Below are positions 1 through 10,493 of a stretch of DNA of 24,000 bases, piece by piece (the stretch's first letter is position 1; every line of letters begins with the position of its first letter). The stretch spans positions 22,994 to 46,993 of the forward strand of contig CAMCRO010000001.1 in the NCBI GenBank assembly GCA_945877265.1. Direction: 5' to 3'. The position numbers and the translations under genes were made by a program. The notes beneath the pieces were generated by a model. It saw only the letters and a program-made list of their open reading frames with translations. It made no database searches and was not told where the DNA came from. The DNA comes from Rickettsia typhi (GTDB lineage: Bacteria; Pseudomonadota; Alphaproteobacteria; Rickettsiales; Rickettsiaceae).

Positions 1-1081
1 TTCTGCCAGAAGAAGGCAGGAATCCTCTAAGCGGATCTTCTGCATAAATTCTACATTCAAAAGCCCAGCCATCTAATTTGATGTCTTCCTGATTAAGCTC
101 AAGTTTTTTGCCAGCAGCAATTCTTATCATTTGCTCGACGATATCGATCCCGGTGACTAGCTCTGTTACGCAATGTTCAACTTGGAGGCGCGTGTTCATT
201 TCGAGGAAGTAAAAGTTCTTATCCGAATCGACAATGAATTCTACAGTGCCTGCAGAATAGTAACCTACCTTTCGTGCTAGCATGACGCATTGATCATACA
301 TTTCTTTGCGTGTTACTTCGTCTATGAAGGCACTTGGTGCTTCTTCAATAACTTTTTGGTGATGTCTTTGAATTGAGCATTCTCGTTCGCCTAAACATAT
401 TATATTGCCATATTTATCAGCAAGAATTTGAACTTCTATATGCCTTGGCTTTTCTATTAATTTTTCGATAAAAACTCTGTTGTCGCTAAAACAGCTTTCT
501 GCTTCTAGCCTTGCAGACATAAAGGCAGCTTTCATTTCATCTGCATTCCTGACAACTCGCATTCCGCGCCCGCCTCCTCCAGCAGCAGCTTTTACTATAA
601 CGGGGAACCCTATTTCTTCAGCAATTGTGATAGCTTGTGTAAAATCTGTAATTATACCCATATATCCTGGGACAGTGCTTACGCCTGCTTCTATAGCTAT
701 TTTTTTAGCTTCAATTTTATCTCCCATCACTTTTATTGCGTGGGTAGAAGGGCCGATAAGGACTATACCTTCTTTTTCTAATTCTTTTGAAAAAAGTGGG
801 TTTTCAGATAAAAAGCCATAGCCTGGGTGAACTGCGTTAGCTCCACTAGTGCGGATTGCATTAATAATATTAGATATATTTAAGTAGCTTTCTGTTGCTG
901 GGGAATTTCCTATATAATAGGCTTCCGAAGCTTTTTCTACATGTAAAGAATTTGTATCAGCTTCAGAATAAACAGCGACAGATTTAATATTCATTTTATT
1001 AAGAGAGCGAATAATTCGAAGCGCTATTTCCCCTCTATTTGCTATTAAAACTTTATCAAATAATGGTTTTTCTTCGGTCAT
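1..1081 (-). CDS. pccA: Propionyl-CoA/acyl-CoA carboxylase alpha subunit, N-terminal biotin carboxylase (ATP-grasp) part; the 3' end continues beyond the window start
   Basis: Absent from the ORF track because it is open to the window edge. Manual minus-strand translation from ATG (1081-1079) gives MTEEKPLFDKVLIANRGEIALRIIRSLNKMNIKSVAVYSEAD...HPGYGFLSEN...PVIVKAAAGGGGRGMRVV...FLEMNTRLQVEHCVTE...ECRIYAEDP, with no stop down to position 1. These are canonical biotin carboxylase motifs. It starts 8 nt after the pccB stop, hence the pccA assignment. Confidence 0.9.
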   Translation of the reverse strand, partial: MTEEKPLFDKVLIANRGEIALRIIRSLNKMNIKSVAVYSEADTNSLHVEKASEAYYIGNSPATESYLNISNIINAIRTSGANAVHPGYGFLSENPLFSKELEKEGIVLIGPSTHAIKVMGDKIEAKKIAIEAGVSTVPGYMGIITDFTQAITIAEEIGFPVIVKAAAGGGGRGMRVVRNADEMKAAFMSARLEAESCFSDNRVFIEKLIEKPRHIEVQILADKYGNIICLGERECSIQRHHQKVIEEAPSAFIDEVTRKEMYDQCVMLARKVGYYSAGTVEFIVDSDKNFYFLEMNTRLQVEHCVTELVTGIDIVEQMIRIAAGKKLELNQEDIKLDGWAFECRIYAEDPLRGFLPSSGR

Positions 1082-1089
1082 ATATTCTT

Positions 1090-2619
1090 CTATAAAGGTA
1101 AGTTATCGTGTTTCTTCCAGAGCGTGTTTACTTTTTTGTTTTTTAGGAAGCTAAGAGCTTTGCATATTCTCCATCTTGAACTTTGTGGATGGATGATATC
1201 ATCTATATAGCCACGAGATGCGGCAACAAACGGAGATGTTACTGTATTTTTATACTCATTAATTTTTTCTTGCCTTGTTGCAGGGTCTGCTGAAGCTTCT
1301 TTGAAAATAACTTCTACGGCTCCTTCTGCGCCCATGACAGAAATTTCAGCATTTTCCCAAGCATAATTAATATCGCCTTTCAAATGCTTAGAATTCATGA
1401 CAATATATGCGCCTCCGTAGGCTTTGCGGGTTATAATTGTAATTTTAGGAACGGTGGCTTCTGCATAAGCATAAAGAAGTTTTGCTCCATGTTTGATGAT
1501 CCCGCTATGCTCTTGATCTGAACCAGGCAAGAAACCAGGCACGTCTACTAAAGTGATAATGGGAATATTGAATGCGTCACAGAACCTTACAAAGCGAGCT
1601 GCTTTTCTAGAAGCGTTGATATCTAAGCAGCCAGCCAAATGCATGGGTTGATTTGCGACAAACCCAACTGGGCAGCCTTCCATATAACCAAAACCAATAA
1701 CTATATTTTTAGCATAGTTTGGTTGTATTTCAAAAAAATCTCCTTCATCGACGATCCGCTCGATGAGTTCCTTCATATCATATGGTTTGTTAGGATTGAT
1801 TGGCACTAAAGTATTAAGTGACATATCTACTCGATCTGCAGGATCTTTAGTTGGCCTTGTGGGAGGATTATGTTTGTTCGATAAAGGAAGAAAATTAAAG
1901 AATCTCCTAAGCTCTAAAAGTGCCTCGATATCATTTTTGAATGATAAATCTGCAACTCCTGTTTTTTGGGTGTGCACTTTGCTGCCACCTAATTTTTCTT
2001 GAGAAACTACTTCGCCAGTAACTGTTTTTACAACGTCAGGTCCTGTTACGAACATATAAGAAGAGCCTTCTACCATAAAAGTAAAATCTGTAAGAGCTGG
2101 AGAATATACAGCGCCGCCTGCACATGGACCCATTATCATTGAGATCTGAGGAATCACGCCAGAAGCTTGGACATTACGGTGAAATATTTCACCATAGCCG
2201 CCAAGAGCATCTACGCCTTCTTGGATTCGTGCGCCGCCTGAATCATTAATTCCAATTATAGGAGCGCCTGTGCTAATTGCCATGTCAAGAAGCTGGCATA
2301 TCTTTTTTGCGTGATTTTCTCCAAGAGAGCCTCCAAGAACAGTAAAATCTTGGCTATACACAAAAACTAGGCGCCCATTTATTGTGCCATGCCCTGTTAC
2401 TACGCCGTCACCGGGAAATTTTTTGTCTGACATCCCGAAATTCTGGCATCTATGTTCTACAAACATTCCAGTTTCTTCGAAACTTTCTGGATCTAGCAAA
2501 ACTTCTATTCTTTCTCTGGCTGTGAGTTTGCCTTTCTTATGCTGTTGAGCAATTCTATCATAACCGCCACCAAGTATAGCTTCTTGGATTTTATGCTCTA
2601 ATTTTGGTTTCGATATCAT
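1090..2619 (-). CDS. pccB: Propionyl-CoA carboxylase beta subunit (carboxyltransferase)
   Basis: 509-aa ORF. N-terminus ...[33 protein letters not shown], then [53 protein letters not shown], and a second carboxyltransferase half ([24 protein letters not shown]). Typical PccB length and motifs, and pccA follows directly downstream. Confidence 0.93.
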   Translation of the reverse strand: MISKPKLEHKIQEAILGGGYDRIAQQHKKGKLTARERIEVLLDPESFEETGMFVEHRCQNFGMSDKKFPGDGVVTGHGTINGRLVFVYSQDFTVLGGSLGENHAKKICQLLDMAISTGAPIIGINDSGGARIQEGVDALGGYGEIFHRNVQASGVIPQISMIMGPCAGGAVYSPALTDFTFMVEGSSYMFVTGPDVVKTVTGEVVSQEKLGGSKVHTQKTGVADLSFKNDIEALLELRRFFNFLPLSNKHNPPTRPTKDPADRVDMSLNTLVPINPNKPYDMKELIERIVDEGDFFEIQPNYAKNIVIGFGYMEGCPVGFVANQPMHLAGCLDINASRKAARFVRFCDAFNIPIITLVDVPGFLPGSDQEHSGIIKHGAKLLYAYAEATVPKITIITRKAYGGAYIVMNSKHLKGDINYAWENAEISVMGAEGAVEVIFKEASADPATRQEKINEYKNTVTSPFVAASRGYIDDIIHPQSSRWRICKALSFLKNKKVNTLWKKHDNLPL

Positions 2620-2707
2620 AAATTTATATCACCCTAGAATAAGATAAGCCTTATGGCATTTTCTTTGAATTTAGCATACATAATTATTCCCAAAATAATA
2701 GTAATAT

Positions 2708-3718
2708 TCATTTTGTTTGTATTTTTCTTGAAATAATAACCAAAAATCCAAATAAGAAGAAAGCAAATAATTGATGAAGTGAACCTAAGAAAACTGGTAC
2801 TTGAAAAATTAGAGTGAGTACTCCAAGCATAAATTGAAATATTATAAGTAACGTGAGAGTTAAGGCTGAGTAATAGTTTTTGTGATTTAGTTCTTTGATT
2901 GCGAGGTAAAATATTACCAAGGATAATATACAAGCATTTACTCTATGAAAAAATTGTACTAAAGCTGGGCTTGATAAATAGCTGCCAATATTTTCTGAAA
3001 ATATTTCGCTTGGATATATATGCTCTCCCATTAGAGGAAATGTGTTATATATAAGCCCCGCATCTAAACCAGCAACTAGGCCACCCAGAGCAATTTGAAT
3101 TGTTGTGAGAATAATGCATACCAAATTTATACTGGCTAAATTTTCTTTATATTTAGAATTATAATATAAACGCAAAGCTTCATTTAATGATAGACCAAAA
3201 ATTGCGAGAGCTAGAAGCAAATGAAAGGTTAGCCTAAAATGACTCACATAAGGAGTTGAAGCAAGGCCGCTTTTCACCATATACCATCCCATGAACCCCT
3301 GAGCTAAGCCTATGAAAGTTATTAGTAATAGGGATTTTTTAGTTTTTTGTGTTAACTTGTTGTAATACCAGAAAAAGATAGCCGGGATAAAAAAACATAA
3401 TCCAATAATGCGTCCCGCCAATCTATGAAAAAATTCAAGCCAGAAAATTTTCTTAAATGCTTCTAGATCCATTTTGTTGTTAATGAGTTTGAATTCTGGA
3501 GAGGTTTGATATTTTGAGAATTCAATATCCCAATCATTTTCTGACAATGGAGGGATTATTCCTGTTACTGGCTTCCATTCTACTATTGATAGGCCGGAAT
3601 TGGTAAGACGTGTTATCCCACCAATTATTACCATACATAATATCATTAACGAACAACAAAGCAGCCAATAACTAACATAGTTTCTTGGTTTATATAGGAA
3701 GCTATAGATTATATTCAT
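2708..3718 (-). CDS. ctaA: Heme A synthase (COX15/CtaA family)
   Basis: 336-aa polytopic membrane ORF with the COX15-type N-terminal motif GGITRLTNSGLSIVEWKPVTGIIPPL. Conserved His positions lie in FHRLAGR, FHLLLAL and FFHRVNA. ATG start at 3718. Confidence 0.85.
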   Translation of the reverse strand: MNIIYSFLYKPRNYVSYWLLCCSLMILCMVIIGGITRLTNSGLSIVEWKPVTGIIPPLSENDWDIEFSKYQTSPEFKLINNKMDLEAFKKIFWLEFFHRLAGRIIGLCFFIPAIFFWYYNKLTQKTKKSLLLITFIGLAQGFMGWYMVKSGLASTPYVSHFRLTFHLLLALAIFGLSLNEALRLYYNSKYKENLASINLVCIILTTIQIALGGLVAGLDAGLIYNTFPLMGEHIYPSEIFSENIGSYLSSPALVQFFHRVNACILSLVIFYLAIKELNHKNYYSALTLTLLIIFQFMLGVLTLIFQVPVFLGSLHQLFAFFLFGFLVIISRKIQTK

Positions 3719-3786
3719 TTTTCTACTATTTTATTGATAATGCCCGTCTAGGAAGCTATTTACTAAATTTAAAAATATATGTTTTT

Positions 3787-4122
3787 ATGGCTAATTCAAA
3801 TAATTTAAAAATTCCTCTAGCCCGAATTGCTGAAATCTGGAGAAAAGCGGGTTATCCAAAACCATTGAGTCTATTCATGGAGAATATGCATAAATTCAAC
3901 ACAGAATCTACTTTAGAAGTTAAAGAGGATAGTGCTAGCAAGATTGATGTCTGTCATGCAAAATCTTTGCCTAAACCAAATAATGCTATATGCCTTTATA
4001 GTATAGGTTTAAAGAGCTTGAGTTTATATAAACCTCCTACGTATAATGATTATCGCGATAATGATGATATTACAACACTTGGTGTTGTAATAGATGCTTC
4101 TTTCACAGTGCTGGATGAATAA
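3787..4122 (+). CDS. Hypothetical protein (111 aa from the internal ATG), no recognisable family
   Basis: The ORF track gives 3685..4122. That start overlaps the divergent ctaA start, so ATG 3787 (MANSNNLKIPLARIAEIWRK...) is preferred. No motif, signal peptide or TM segment recognised. Support is only the ORF length in AT-rich DNA. Confidence 0.35.
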   Translation: MANSNNLKIPLARIAEIWRKAGYPKPLSLFMENMHKFNTESTLEVKEDSASKIDVCHAKSLPKPNNAICLYSIGLKSLSLYKPPTYNDYRDNDDITTLGVVIDASFTVLDE

Positions 4123-4201
4123 GGAGAGAATTATATTAAATAATTGCTTTTCTTGCTAGATTATAATATCATAGGAAAACATCAAAAATAATGGGTAAAG
4201 A

Positions 4202-4603
4202 ATGGCAAGAGTTACAGTTGAAGATTGTGTTGGAAAAGTAGAGGACGGTAAAACTGCAAATAGGTTTGAACTTGTTGTGCTTGCGGCTCAAAGATCCAAA
4301 GATATACATTCTGGCTCTCCTATTACAGTGCCTGCGGATAATGACAAAAAAACAGTAATTTCTTTGAAAGAAATAGCTGCTGGGAATATGAAAATAGAAG
4401 AATTAAGAGCAAGATTTGTTAATTCTCTTCATCCTCAATCTGCCTTGAGTACATTAGACGAGGAATTGGATAGCGTTGACAATGATCCTATTTCTCAGGA
4501 ATTTATAGCTGATGAATCTGATTTTGGTCTTACAGAGGAGCAAATGCTTCTTGATGATGACAATATCGCATTTGAAGATATAGATATCTCTAACGAAGAT
4601 TAA
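4202..4603 (+). CDS. rpoZ: DNA-directed RNA polymerase omega subunit
   Basis: MARVTVEDCVGKV...NRFELVVLAAQRSKDI is the RpoZ signature. It has an acidic C-terminal extension and lies immediately upstream of spoT, the conserved rpoZ-spoT arrangement. Confidence 0.9.
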   Translation: MARVTVEDCVGKVEDGKTANRFELVVLAAQRSKDIHSGSPITVPADNDKKTVISLKEIAAGNMKIEELRARFVNSLHPQSALSTLDEELDSVDNDPISQEFIADESDFGLTEEQMLLDDDNIAFEDIDISNED

Positions 4604-4621
4604 AAGTACCATTTTAGCCAC

Positions 4622-6754
4622 ATGATAGCTGAGTGTGAAAATCTTTTTAAAACGCTAAGATCAAACACGCAAAATGTTGATATTAAACTAGTTGAAAAAG
4701 CAATAGAACTAGCTGAATATTACCACAAAGACCAAATTAGAGAATCCGGTGAGCCATACATAACTCACCCTATTTTGGTTGCTCAAATTATCGCTGAAAT
4801 GAATCTGGACACAGCTTCAATTATCACAGCAATTTTACACGATACTGTTGAAGATACTAATCTATCCTTAGAAGAAATAGAGAGAATTTTCGGTAAACAA
4901 ATATCTGTTCTTGTAGCTGGTGTTACAAAGCTTACACGTTTAGAATTTAAATCAGATCAAATAAAGCAAGCTGAGAATTTTAGAAAACTTCTGCTCGCTA
5001 TGAGCGAAGACATACGAGTACTTCTTGTAAAGCTTGCCGATAGATTACATAACATGCGAACCATTGATTATGTACAATCTCAATCTAAGAAGCAGAGGAT
5101 ATCCCTTGAGACAATGGAAATATACGCTCCTCTTGCAGAAAGAATTGGTATGCACCAATGTAAAACTGAATTGCAAGATATAGCATTTAGAATTTTATAT
5201 CCAAGCGTTAGAGAGTCTATATTAAATAGATTGAATGAAATAGCGAGTGATAGAGTTGATTTAATCCAAAAAATTATAGAAGAAATCTCTAATCATATGA
5301 AAGAATTTGGGATTGAGGCTGAGGTTTGTGGTAGGCAAAAAACTCCTTATTCTATATGGATGAAAATGAATCAGAAAAATCTAGGATTTGATCAACTATC
5401 TGACATTATTGCTTTTAGGGTAATTGTGCAAGAGAGATTCGACTGTTATAAAGCTCTTGGCGTAATACACAGCAAATATAAAATGGTGCCTGACAATTTT
5501 CAGGACTTTATTAGTACGCCTAAAAATAATGGATACCAATCTATACATACTGTTGCAATTGGTCCTTTTCAGCAAAGGATTGAAGTGCAGATTCGTACAG
5601 AGGAAATGCATGAAATAGCAGAATATGGTGTGGCAGCTCATTGGAGATATAAACAGAAATACACAGCACCTGATGGGAAGCAATTTAAATGGATAAGGGA
5701 ATTATTGCATATATTAGATTATGCCAAAGATCCTGAAGAATTTATTTCTAATACCAAATTAGAAATGTATTACGACCAGGTTTTTTGTTTTACCCCAAAA
5801 GGCAAATTGATTGCTCTTCCAAAAGGTGCAACACCTGTGGATTTTGCGTTTAGCGTTCATTCTGAAATAGGGTTCCATTGTTCTGGTGTAAAAATAAATG
5901 GGCAAATGGTTTCTTTGCGAACGGAAATTAAAAATGGTGATCAAGTTGAAATTCTTACGAGTAAGTCTCAAACCCCAAGTAAAGATTGGGAAGAATTTGC
6001 AATAACAGGCAAAGCCAGATCTGAAATAAAAAAATATATCAGACAAAGAAGCTATGAGCAATATAGCGCACTTGGAAAAGATATGCTTGATAAGTCTATA
6101 AAAGGAGCAGGCTTAAGTTTGCAACAAGTAGATTTAAAAGCTGCCGCATTGAAATTTAATAAAAATAGCCTAGAAGATCTTTATGCCTCAATTGGAGAGG
6201 GAGCAATTAACCGTGAAGAAGTAATTAAATTATTTAAGCCTTCGACTAGCTCAATTGCAAATAAGTTTGCTTTATTTAAATTTAATAAAACAGCGCCTAA
6301 AGAGCATGCAATTTCGATTAAAGGACTCATTCCGGGAATGGCGATTCACTATGCTGGTTGTTGCAATCCTATCCCTGGAGATCACATAGTCGGAGTGGTT
6401 CATATAGGCAAGGGGATTACTATACATTCAGAAGGATGTGAATATTTAGGGCATTTGCATAAAAATGATTTTCCAATATTACCATTAAGCTGGGGAGAAG
6501 AAGAGGAAGATAAATTCTTTGTTGCAAGAGTGATTGCTAAAATTTCTAATAAGCCAACTGGTCTTGCTGTATTATCTACCGAAATTGCAAAAGAAAAATG
6601 CAATATAGTGAATTTTAAAATCATCAGTAGGAATCCTGATTTTTTTGAGGTGTTAATAGATTTAGAAGTCCGTAACCTTGAGCATTTGGATGTGATCCTT
6701 AATACATTAAAATCTAAACAAGAAATCATACATATTGAGAGATATAAGTCTTGA
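4622..6754 (+). CDS. spoT: Bifunctional (p)ppGpp synthetase/hydrolase, long RSH (SpoT/Rel type)
   Basis: 710 aa. HD hydrolase motifs: YITHPILVAQI...AILHDTVEDT. Synthetase motifs: GRQKTPYSIWMKM, DIIAFRVIV, NGYQSIHT, EVQIRTEEMHEIAEYGVAAHWRYK. TGS region: VFCFTPKGKLIALPKGATPVDFAFSVHSEIG. C-terminal ACT-like domain present. Confidence 0.92.
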   Translation: MIAECENLFKTLRSNTQNVDIKLVEKAIELAEYYHKDQIRESGEPYITHPILVAQIIAEMNLDTASIITAILHDTVEDTNLSLEEIERIFGKQISVLVAGVTKLTRLEFKSDQIKQAENFRKLLLAMSEDIRVLLVKLADRLHNMRTIDYVQSQSKKQRISLETMEIYAPLAERIGMHQCKTELQDIAFRILYPSVRESILNRLNEIASDRVDLIQKIIEEISNHMKEFGIEAEVCGRQKTPYSIWMKMNQKNLGFDQLSDIIAFRVIVQERFDCYKALGVIHSKYKMVPDNFQDFISTPKNNGYQSIHTVAIGPFQQRIEVQIRTEEMHEIAEYGVAAHWRYKQKYTAPDGKQFKWIRELLHILDYAKDPEEFISNTKLEMYYDQVFCFTPKGKLIALPKGATPVDFAFSVHSEIGFHCSGVKINGQMVSLRTEIKNGDQVEILTSKSQTPSKDWEEFAITGKARSEIKKYIRQRSYEQYSALGKDMLDKSIKGAGLSLQQVDLKAAALKFNKNSLEDLYASIGEGAINREEVIKLFKPSTSSIANKFALFKFNKTAPKEHAISIKGLIPGMAIHYAGCCNPIPGDHIVGVVHIGKGITIHSEGCEYLGHLHKNDFPILPLSWGEEEEDKFFVARVIAKISNKPTGLAVLSTEIAKEKCNIVNFKIISRNPDFFEVLIDLEVRNLEHLDVILNTLKSKQEIIHIERYKS

Positions 6755-7131
6755 TTATAGGAGTGGGGTGCGATTTAGTTGATTCTAGAAGAATAGCTAA
6801 ATTATTTAATAAATATTCTAGTAGATTTACTAAGAGAATTTTATCGCCTCATGAATTAGAGGTCTTTGACTCTATGGCTGATGTAAATCATAGAAAAATC
6901 AGCTTCTTATCAAAAAGATTTGCCGCAAAAGAGGCTGTGTCTAAAGCTTTAAAAGTTGGAATTGGTAAAGATCTATCCTTTTGTTCTATTTCTATAGAAA
7001 ATACCTTAAATGGTGCTCCTGTTGTAAAAATTCCTAAAAATTTTAAATTTGAAGATAGAGAATATAAAATACAAATATCTCTTTCTGATGAATGGCCCAT
7101 GGCACTTGCATTTGTAGTGATTTCCATATAG
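6751..7131 (+). CDS. acpS: Holo-[acyl-carrier-protein] synthase
   Basis: (M)IIGVGCDLVDSRRI at the N-terminus and FAAKEAVSKAL match the AcpS family. TTG start at 6751 overlaps the spoT TGA stop (TTGA). The position of the family N-terminal motif supports that start. Confidence 0.85.
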   Translation: MIIGVGCDLVDSRRIAKLFNKYSSRFTKRILSPHELEVFDSMADVNHRKISFLSKRFAAKEAVSKALKVGIGKDLSFCSISIENTLNGAPVVKIPKNFKFEDREYKIQISLSDEWPMALAFVVISI

Positions 7132-7169
7132 TGTATTGTTGGAAATGTTGAAAAAGTTAGGGTTAGTAT

Positions 7170-8606
7170 ATGCAGGGTTTATCAAACTTAAAGAATTTCG
7201 GAAGGAAATCTAGATTCCATATTGTTGGCATAGGCGGCATTGGAATGAGCGGTATTGCAGATATTTTGCATCATTTTGGCTATTATGTGCAGGGTTCTGA
7301 TATGAACCAAAATGTGAATACAGAAAGATTAGCAAAATTAGGGATAAAGATTTTTATAGGACATAGTCCAGAAAATATAAATGCTTCCGATTATGTTGTG
7401 ATTTCGACCTCTATTCAGGAAAATAATCTAGAATATATTGCAGCAAAGCAGAAAAAAATCCCGATCATACGCAGATCTGAGATGCTTGCTGAAATAATGA
7501 AAATGAAGAGTTCTATTAGCATTACAGGGTCTCACGGCAAAACATCTACAACCTCTATGATAGCTTCTTTATTTGAATCAGCAGGGCTTGATCCGACTGT
7601 AATTAATGGAGGAATTATAAACTCTAAATCTACAAACGCATATGTTGGAACTGGCGACTTTATGATTGTAGAGGCTGATGAATCAGATGGTACATTTATA
7701 AGAGTCCCTTCTACTATAGGAGTTCTAACTAATATCGATCCTGAACATTTAGATTATTATAAAAGCTTTGAAAATTTATATAATTGCTGCAAGCAATTTA
7801 TTCATAATTTACCTTTCTATGGTTTTGCAGTAATTTGTGCGGATCATAAAGTCTCAAGACAATTGTCAGCTGAAATAATTGATAGGAAAGTTATTACCTA
7901 TGGTATTGAATTTGAGGAAGCAAATATTCGGGCTTTTAATATTAGAACAGAAGGTATAGGTTCTAAATTTGATGTGAGGGTAAGATTGCCACTCAGCAAT
8001 ATTGAATATACAATTGAGGATATATCTCTTGCAATTCCTGGTAAACATAACGTTCTCAATAGCCTTGCTGCTGTAGCAATAGGGGCTGAATTAGATTTTG
8101 GTATAAAATCTATTAAAGAAGGATTGCTAAATTTCAAGGGTGTAAAAAGAAGGTTTACCAAAACAGGAGAAGTTAATGGTGTAATATTTGTGGATGATTA
8201 TGCTCATCACCCGGAAGAAGTAAAAGCCACTCTGGCAACTGCTAAGGAAATAATTAGAAACAACAACAAAGTGGTTGCAATATTCCAGCCGCATAGATAT
8301 AGCAGATTTTCTAGCTTATTCGATGAGTTTGTAGAAAGTATGAAAGATGCAGACGAAATATATGTTTCTCCAGTTTATGCGGCCGGTGAGCAGCCAATAT
8401 TAGGCTATGATAATAATAAACTTGTTTCATCATTAATTTCTAAATTTCCCAACAAAAAAATCTCTGCTATTTCAGGGTTTCAAGAGCTTCTTGCTATATA
8501 TAACAGGGCTTCTAAGGGGGATGTTATATTATTTATGGGAGCAGGGAGCATTACTAACTGGGCATATGAATTACCAGAGTTGATGCAAGAGCAACAAGGG
8601 GAGTGA
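7170..8606 (+). CDS. murC: UDP-N-acetylmuramate--L-alanine ligase
   Basis: 478 aa. FHIVGIGGIGMSGIA Rossmann start, P-loop ITGSHGKTSTTSMIA, DDYAHHPEE. Mur ligase architecture with MurC-specific motifs. Confidence 0.93.
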   Translation: MQGLSNLKNFGRKSRFHIVGIGGIGMSGIADILHHFGYYVQGSDMNQNVNTERLAKLGIKIFIGHSPENINASDYVVISTSIQENNLEYIAAKQKKIPIIRRSEMLAEIMKMKSSISITGSHGKTSTTSMIASLFESAGLDPTVINGGIINSKSTNAYVGTGDFMIVEADESDGTFIRVPSTIGVLTNIDPEHLDYYKSFENLYNCCKQFIHNLPFYGFAVICADHKVSRQLSAEIIDRKVITYGIEFEEANIRAFNIRTEGIGSKFDVRVRLPLSNIEYTIEDISLAIPGKHNVLNSLAAVAIGAELDFGIKSIKEGLLNFKGVKRRFTKTGEVNGVIFVDDYAHHPEEVKATLATAKEIIRNNNKVVAIFQPHRYSRFSSLFDEFVESMKDADEIYVSPVYAAGEQPILGYDNNKLVSSLISKFPNKKISAISGFQELLAIYNRASKGDVILFMGAGSITNWAYELPELMQEQQGE

Positions 8607-8607
8607 T

Positions 8608-9492
8608 ATGAGGCTGCCGGAAGTAAGAGGAGAATATAGACATAATTTTAACATTGCTCCTATAACATGGTTTAAAGTTGGAGGTGTTGCGGAAGTTTTA
8701 TATAAACCGGAAGATTTAGAAGATTTACAATATTTTCTGCAAAATTTAGATAAAGCTGTGCCTATTACTATACTAGGAAATTGCTCCAATGTTATTATAA
8801 GAGATGGTGGCATTGATGGTGTAGTAATTAAGCTTGGGAAAAATTTCGCGAAAATTGAGAAAAAAGATAACTATATTTATAGTGGATGTGGTGCGTTAAA
8901 TTCGAGCTTGGCTCTTTTTGCTATGCATAATTCTATTAAAAATTTAGAGTTTTTAATAGGTATTCCTGGCTCTGTGGGTGGTGGTATTAGAATGAATGCC
9001 GGAGCTTATGGTTCTGAATTTAAGGATGTGGTCAAAAGCTTCAGAGCAATAAACAGAGATGGAGAAATACAAGACTTTAATAGCTCAAATGTAAATTTTA
9101 GTTATCGAGAATGCGGCCTACCAAATGATTTATTTTTTATAGATGCTTTGTTTAATGCGGAGCACGGTGAGATGAGTGAAATTAAAGAAAAAATGAACCA
9201 GATTAATGAACAAAGAGCCAGTACTCAGCCTATTAAAGAAAAAACAGGAGGGAGTAGTTTTGCTAACCCTGAAGGACATAAGGCTTGGCAGTTAATTGAC
9301 TCTGTCGGGTTAAGGGGATATAAAATAGGTGGAGCTGAATTTTCGAGTAAGCATTGTAATTTTATGATTAATACTGGTAATTCTTCTGCAAAAGATTTAG
9401 AAGATCTAGGTGAGCTTGCTATTAAGAAAGTAAAAGAAATGCACAATATAGACTTAAAATGGGAAATAAAAAGATTTGGTAAATATGCATAA
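8608..9492 (+). CDS. murB: UDP-N-acetylenolpyruvoylglucosamine reductase
   Basis: 294 aa. [12 protein letters not shown] (FAD-binding start), [26 protein letters not shown]. Starts 1 nt after the murC stop. Confidence 0.9.
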   Translation: MRLPEVRGEYRHNFNIAPITWFKVGGVAEVLYKPEDLEDLQYFLQNLDKAVPITILGNCSNVIIRDGGIDGVVIKLGKNFAKIEKKDNYIYSGCGALNSSLALFAMHNSIKNLEFLIGIPGSVGGGIRMNAGAYGSEFKDVVKSFRAINRDGEIQDFNSSNVNFSYRECGLPNDLFFIDALFNAEHGEMSEIKEKMNQINEQRASTQPIKEKTGGSSFANPEGHKAWQLIDSVGLRGYKIGGAEFSSKHCNFMINTGNSSAKDLEDLGELAIKKVKEMHNIDLKWEIKRFGKYA

Positions 9493-10471
9493 TTTTCATA
9501 CTAAGTTTAAAAGAAATTCTGAGGTTACTAAGCTTTCAGAATCAGGGAGTAAGCATGTTGTAATGCTTTGTGGTGGGATGTCGGCTGAGAGAGAAGTTTC
9601 TATGATGTCTGCCGAAGGAGTCGGAAATGCTTTGCTAGAAAACGGATACCAGGTTACAAAACTCGATATGGGAGCAGATGTTGCTTCGATATTATTAGAG
9701 CTCAAGCCTGATGTTGTCTTTAATTGCTTGCATGGTACTTACGGGGAAGATGGGTGTGTGCCTGGTTTACTTGATATCTTACATATTCCATATACTCACT
9801 CTGGGGTTTTAGCATCCGCAATTGGTTTTAATAAAATAACATCAAGACAAATTTTTATTAGTAACGGAATTACTTGCCCAGAAGCTAGGATAATAAATAA
9901 ATCAGATAATATTAAAACGGACCCACTTCCTAGGCCTTATGTGATTAAGCCAATCTCGCAAGGTTCTAGTGTTGGTGTGAACGTTATTTTCGAAGGAGAC
10001 GACTTTAATTTTGCTGACTATGAATTTGAATATGGGAATCAAATTATTGTTGAAAAATATATAAAGGGAAGAGAGCTGCAAGTTGCAGTGTTAAACGGCA
10101 GAGCACTAGATGTGCTTGAAATAAAATTACTAAAAAATAGATTTTATGACTATGAGTCAAAATATACAGAAGGGTTTGCTGACCATATCCTTCCTGCCCA
10201 AATAGAGAAAGATGTATACAAAGAAGCTTTAGAGATAAGCGAAAGAGTATACAATGTTATAGGTTGTAGAGGGATTGCTAGAATAGAAATGATATATTCA
10301 GAAAGTGAAAGAAAACATTATATTTTAGAAGCAAATACTCATCCTGGGATGACAAAACTTTCTTTGTGCCCTGAAATTGCTGCTTATAATGGAATTAGCT
10401 ATGCTAATTTAGTTAAAGAATTAGTTGAAGCTGCAAGGTTTGATGGGGATGAATTATTTGAGAAAAACTAA
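9485..10471 (+). CDS. ddl: D-alanine--D-alanine ligase
   Basis: ATP-grasp Ddl pattern: [61 protein letters not shown]. The track start is TTG 9476. I prefer ATG 9485, which overlaps the murB end by 8 nt. Confidence 0.9.
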   Translation: MHNFHTKFKRNSEVTKLSESGSKHVVMLCGGMSAEREVSMMSAEGVGNALLENGYQVTKLDMGADVASILLELKPDVVFNCLHGTYGEDGCVPGLLDILHIPYTHSGVLASAIGFNKITSRQIFISNGITCPEARIINKSDNIKTDPLPRPYVIKPISQGSSVGVNVIFEGDDFNFADYEFEYGNQIIVEKYIKGRELQVAVLNGRALDVLEIKLLKNRFYDYESKYTEGFADHILPAQIEKDVYKEALEISERVYNVIGCRGIARIEMIYSESERKHYILEANTHPGMTKLSLCPEIAAYNGISYANLVKELVEAARFDGDELFEKN

Positions 10472-10493
10472 ATTCATTTGTTAAAATTTTTAG

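Noticed and set aside
480-821. 113-aa plus-strand ORF with a low-complexity PRPPPPAAAF stretch
   Set aside because: It lies entirely antisense to the biotin carboxylase (pccA) frame. The proline/alanine run is the reverse complement of the conserved KAAAGGGGRG ATP-grasp motif.
1763-2002. 79-aa plus-strand ORF
   Set aside because: Antisense inside pccB, whose frame is strongly supported by motifs.
2634-2933. 99-aa minus-strand ORF
   Set aside because: It overlaps the ctaA 3' end in another frame and runs into the pccB upstream spacer. Low complexity and no motif.
3685-3786. N-terminal extension of the 3685-4122 ORF
   Set aside because: It would overlap the divergent ctaA start codon region and is low-complexity (YRLYSFFYYFI). 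The internal ATG at 3787 is preferred.
5396-6729. Three minus-strand ORFs (5396-5683, 5759-6061, 6400-6729)
   Set aside because: All are antisense within spoT, which has continuous family motifs across these regions.
6888-9705. Six short antisense ORFs (6888-7127, 7866-8048, 7898-8161, 8571-8813, 9225-9446, 9496-9705)
   Set aside because: They lie inside acpS, murC, murB and ddl on the opposite strand. No motifs, and the sense genes are secure.
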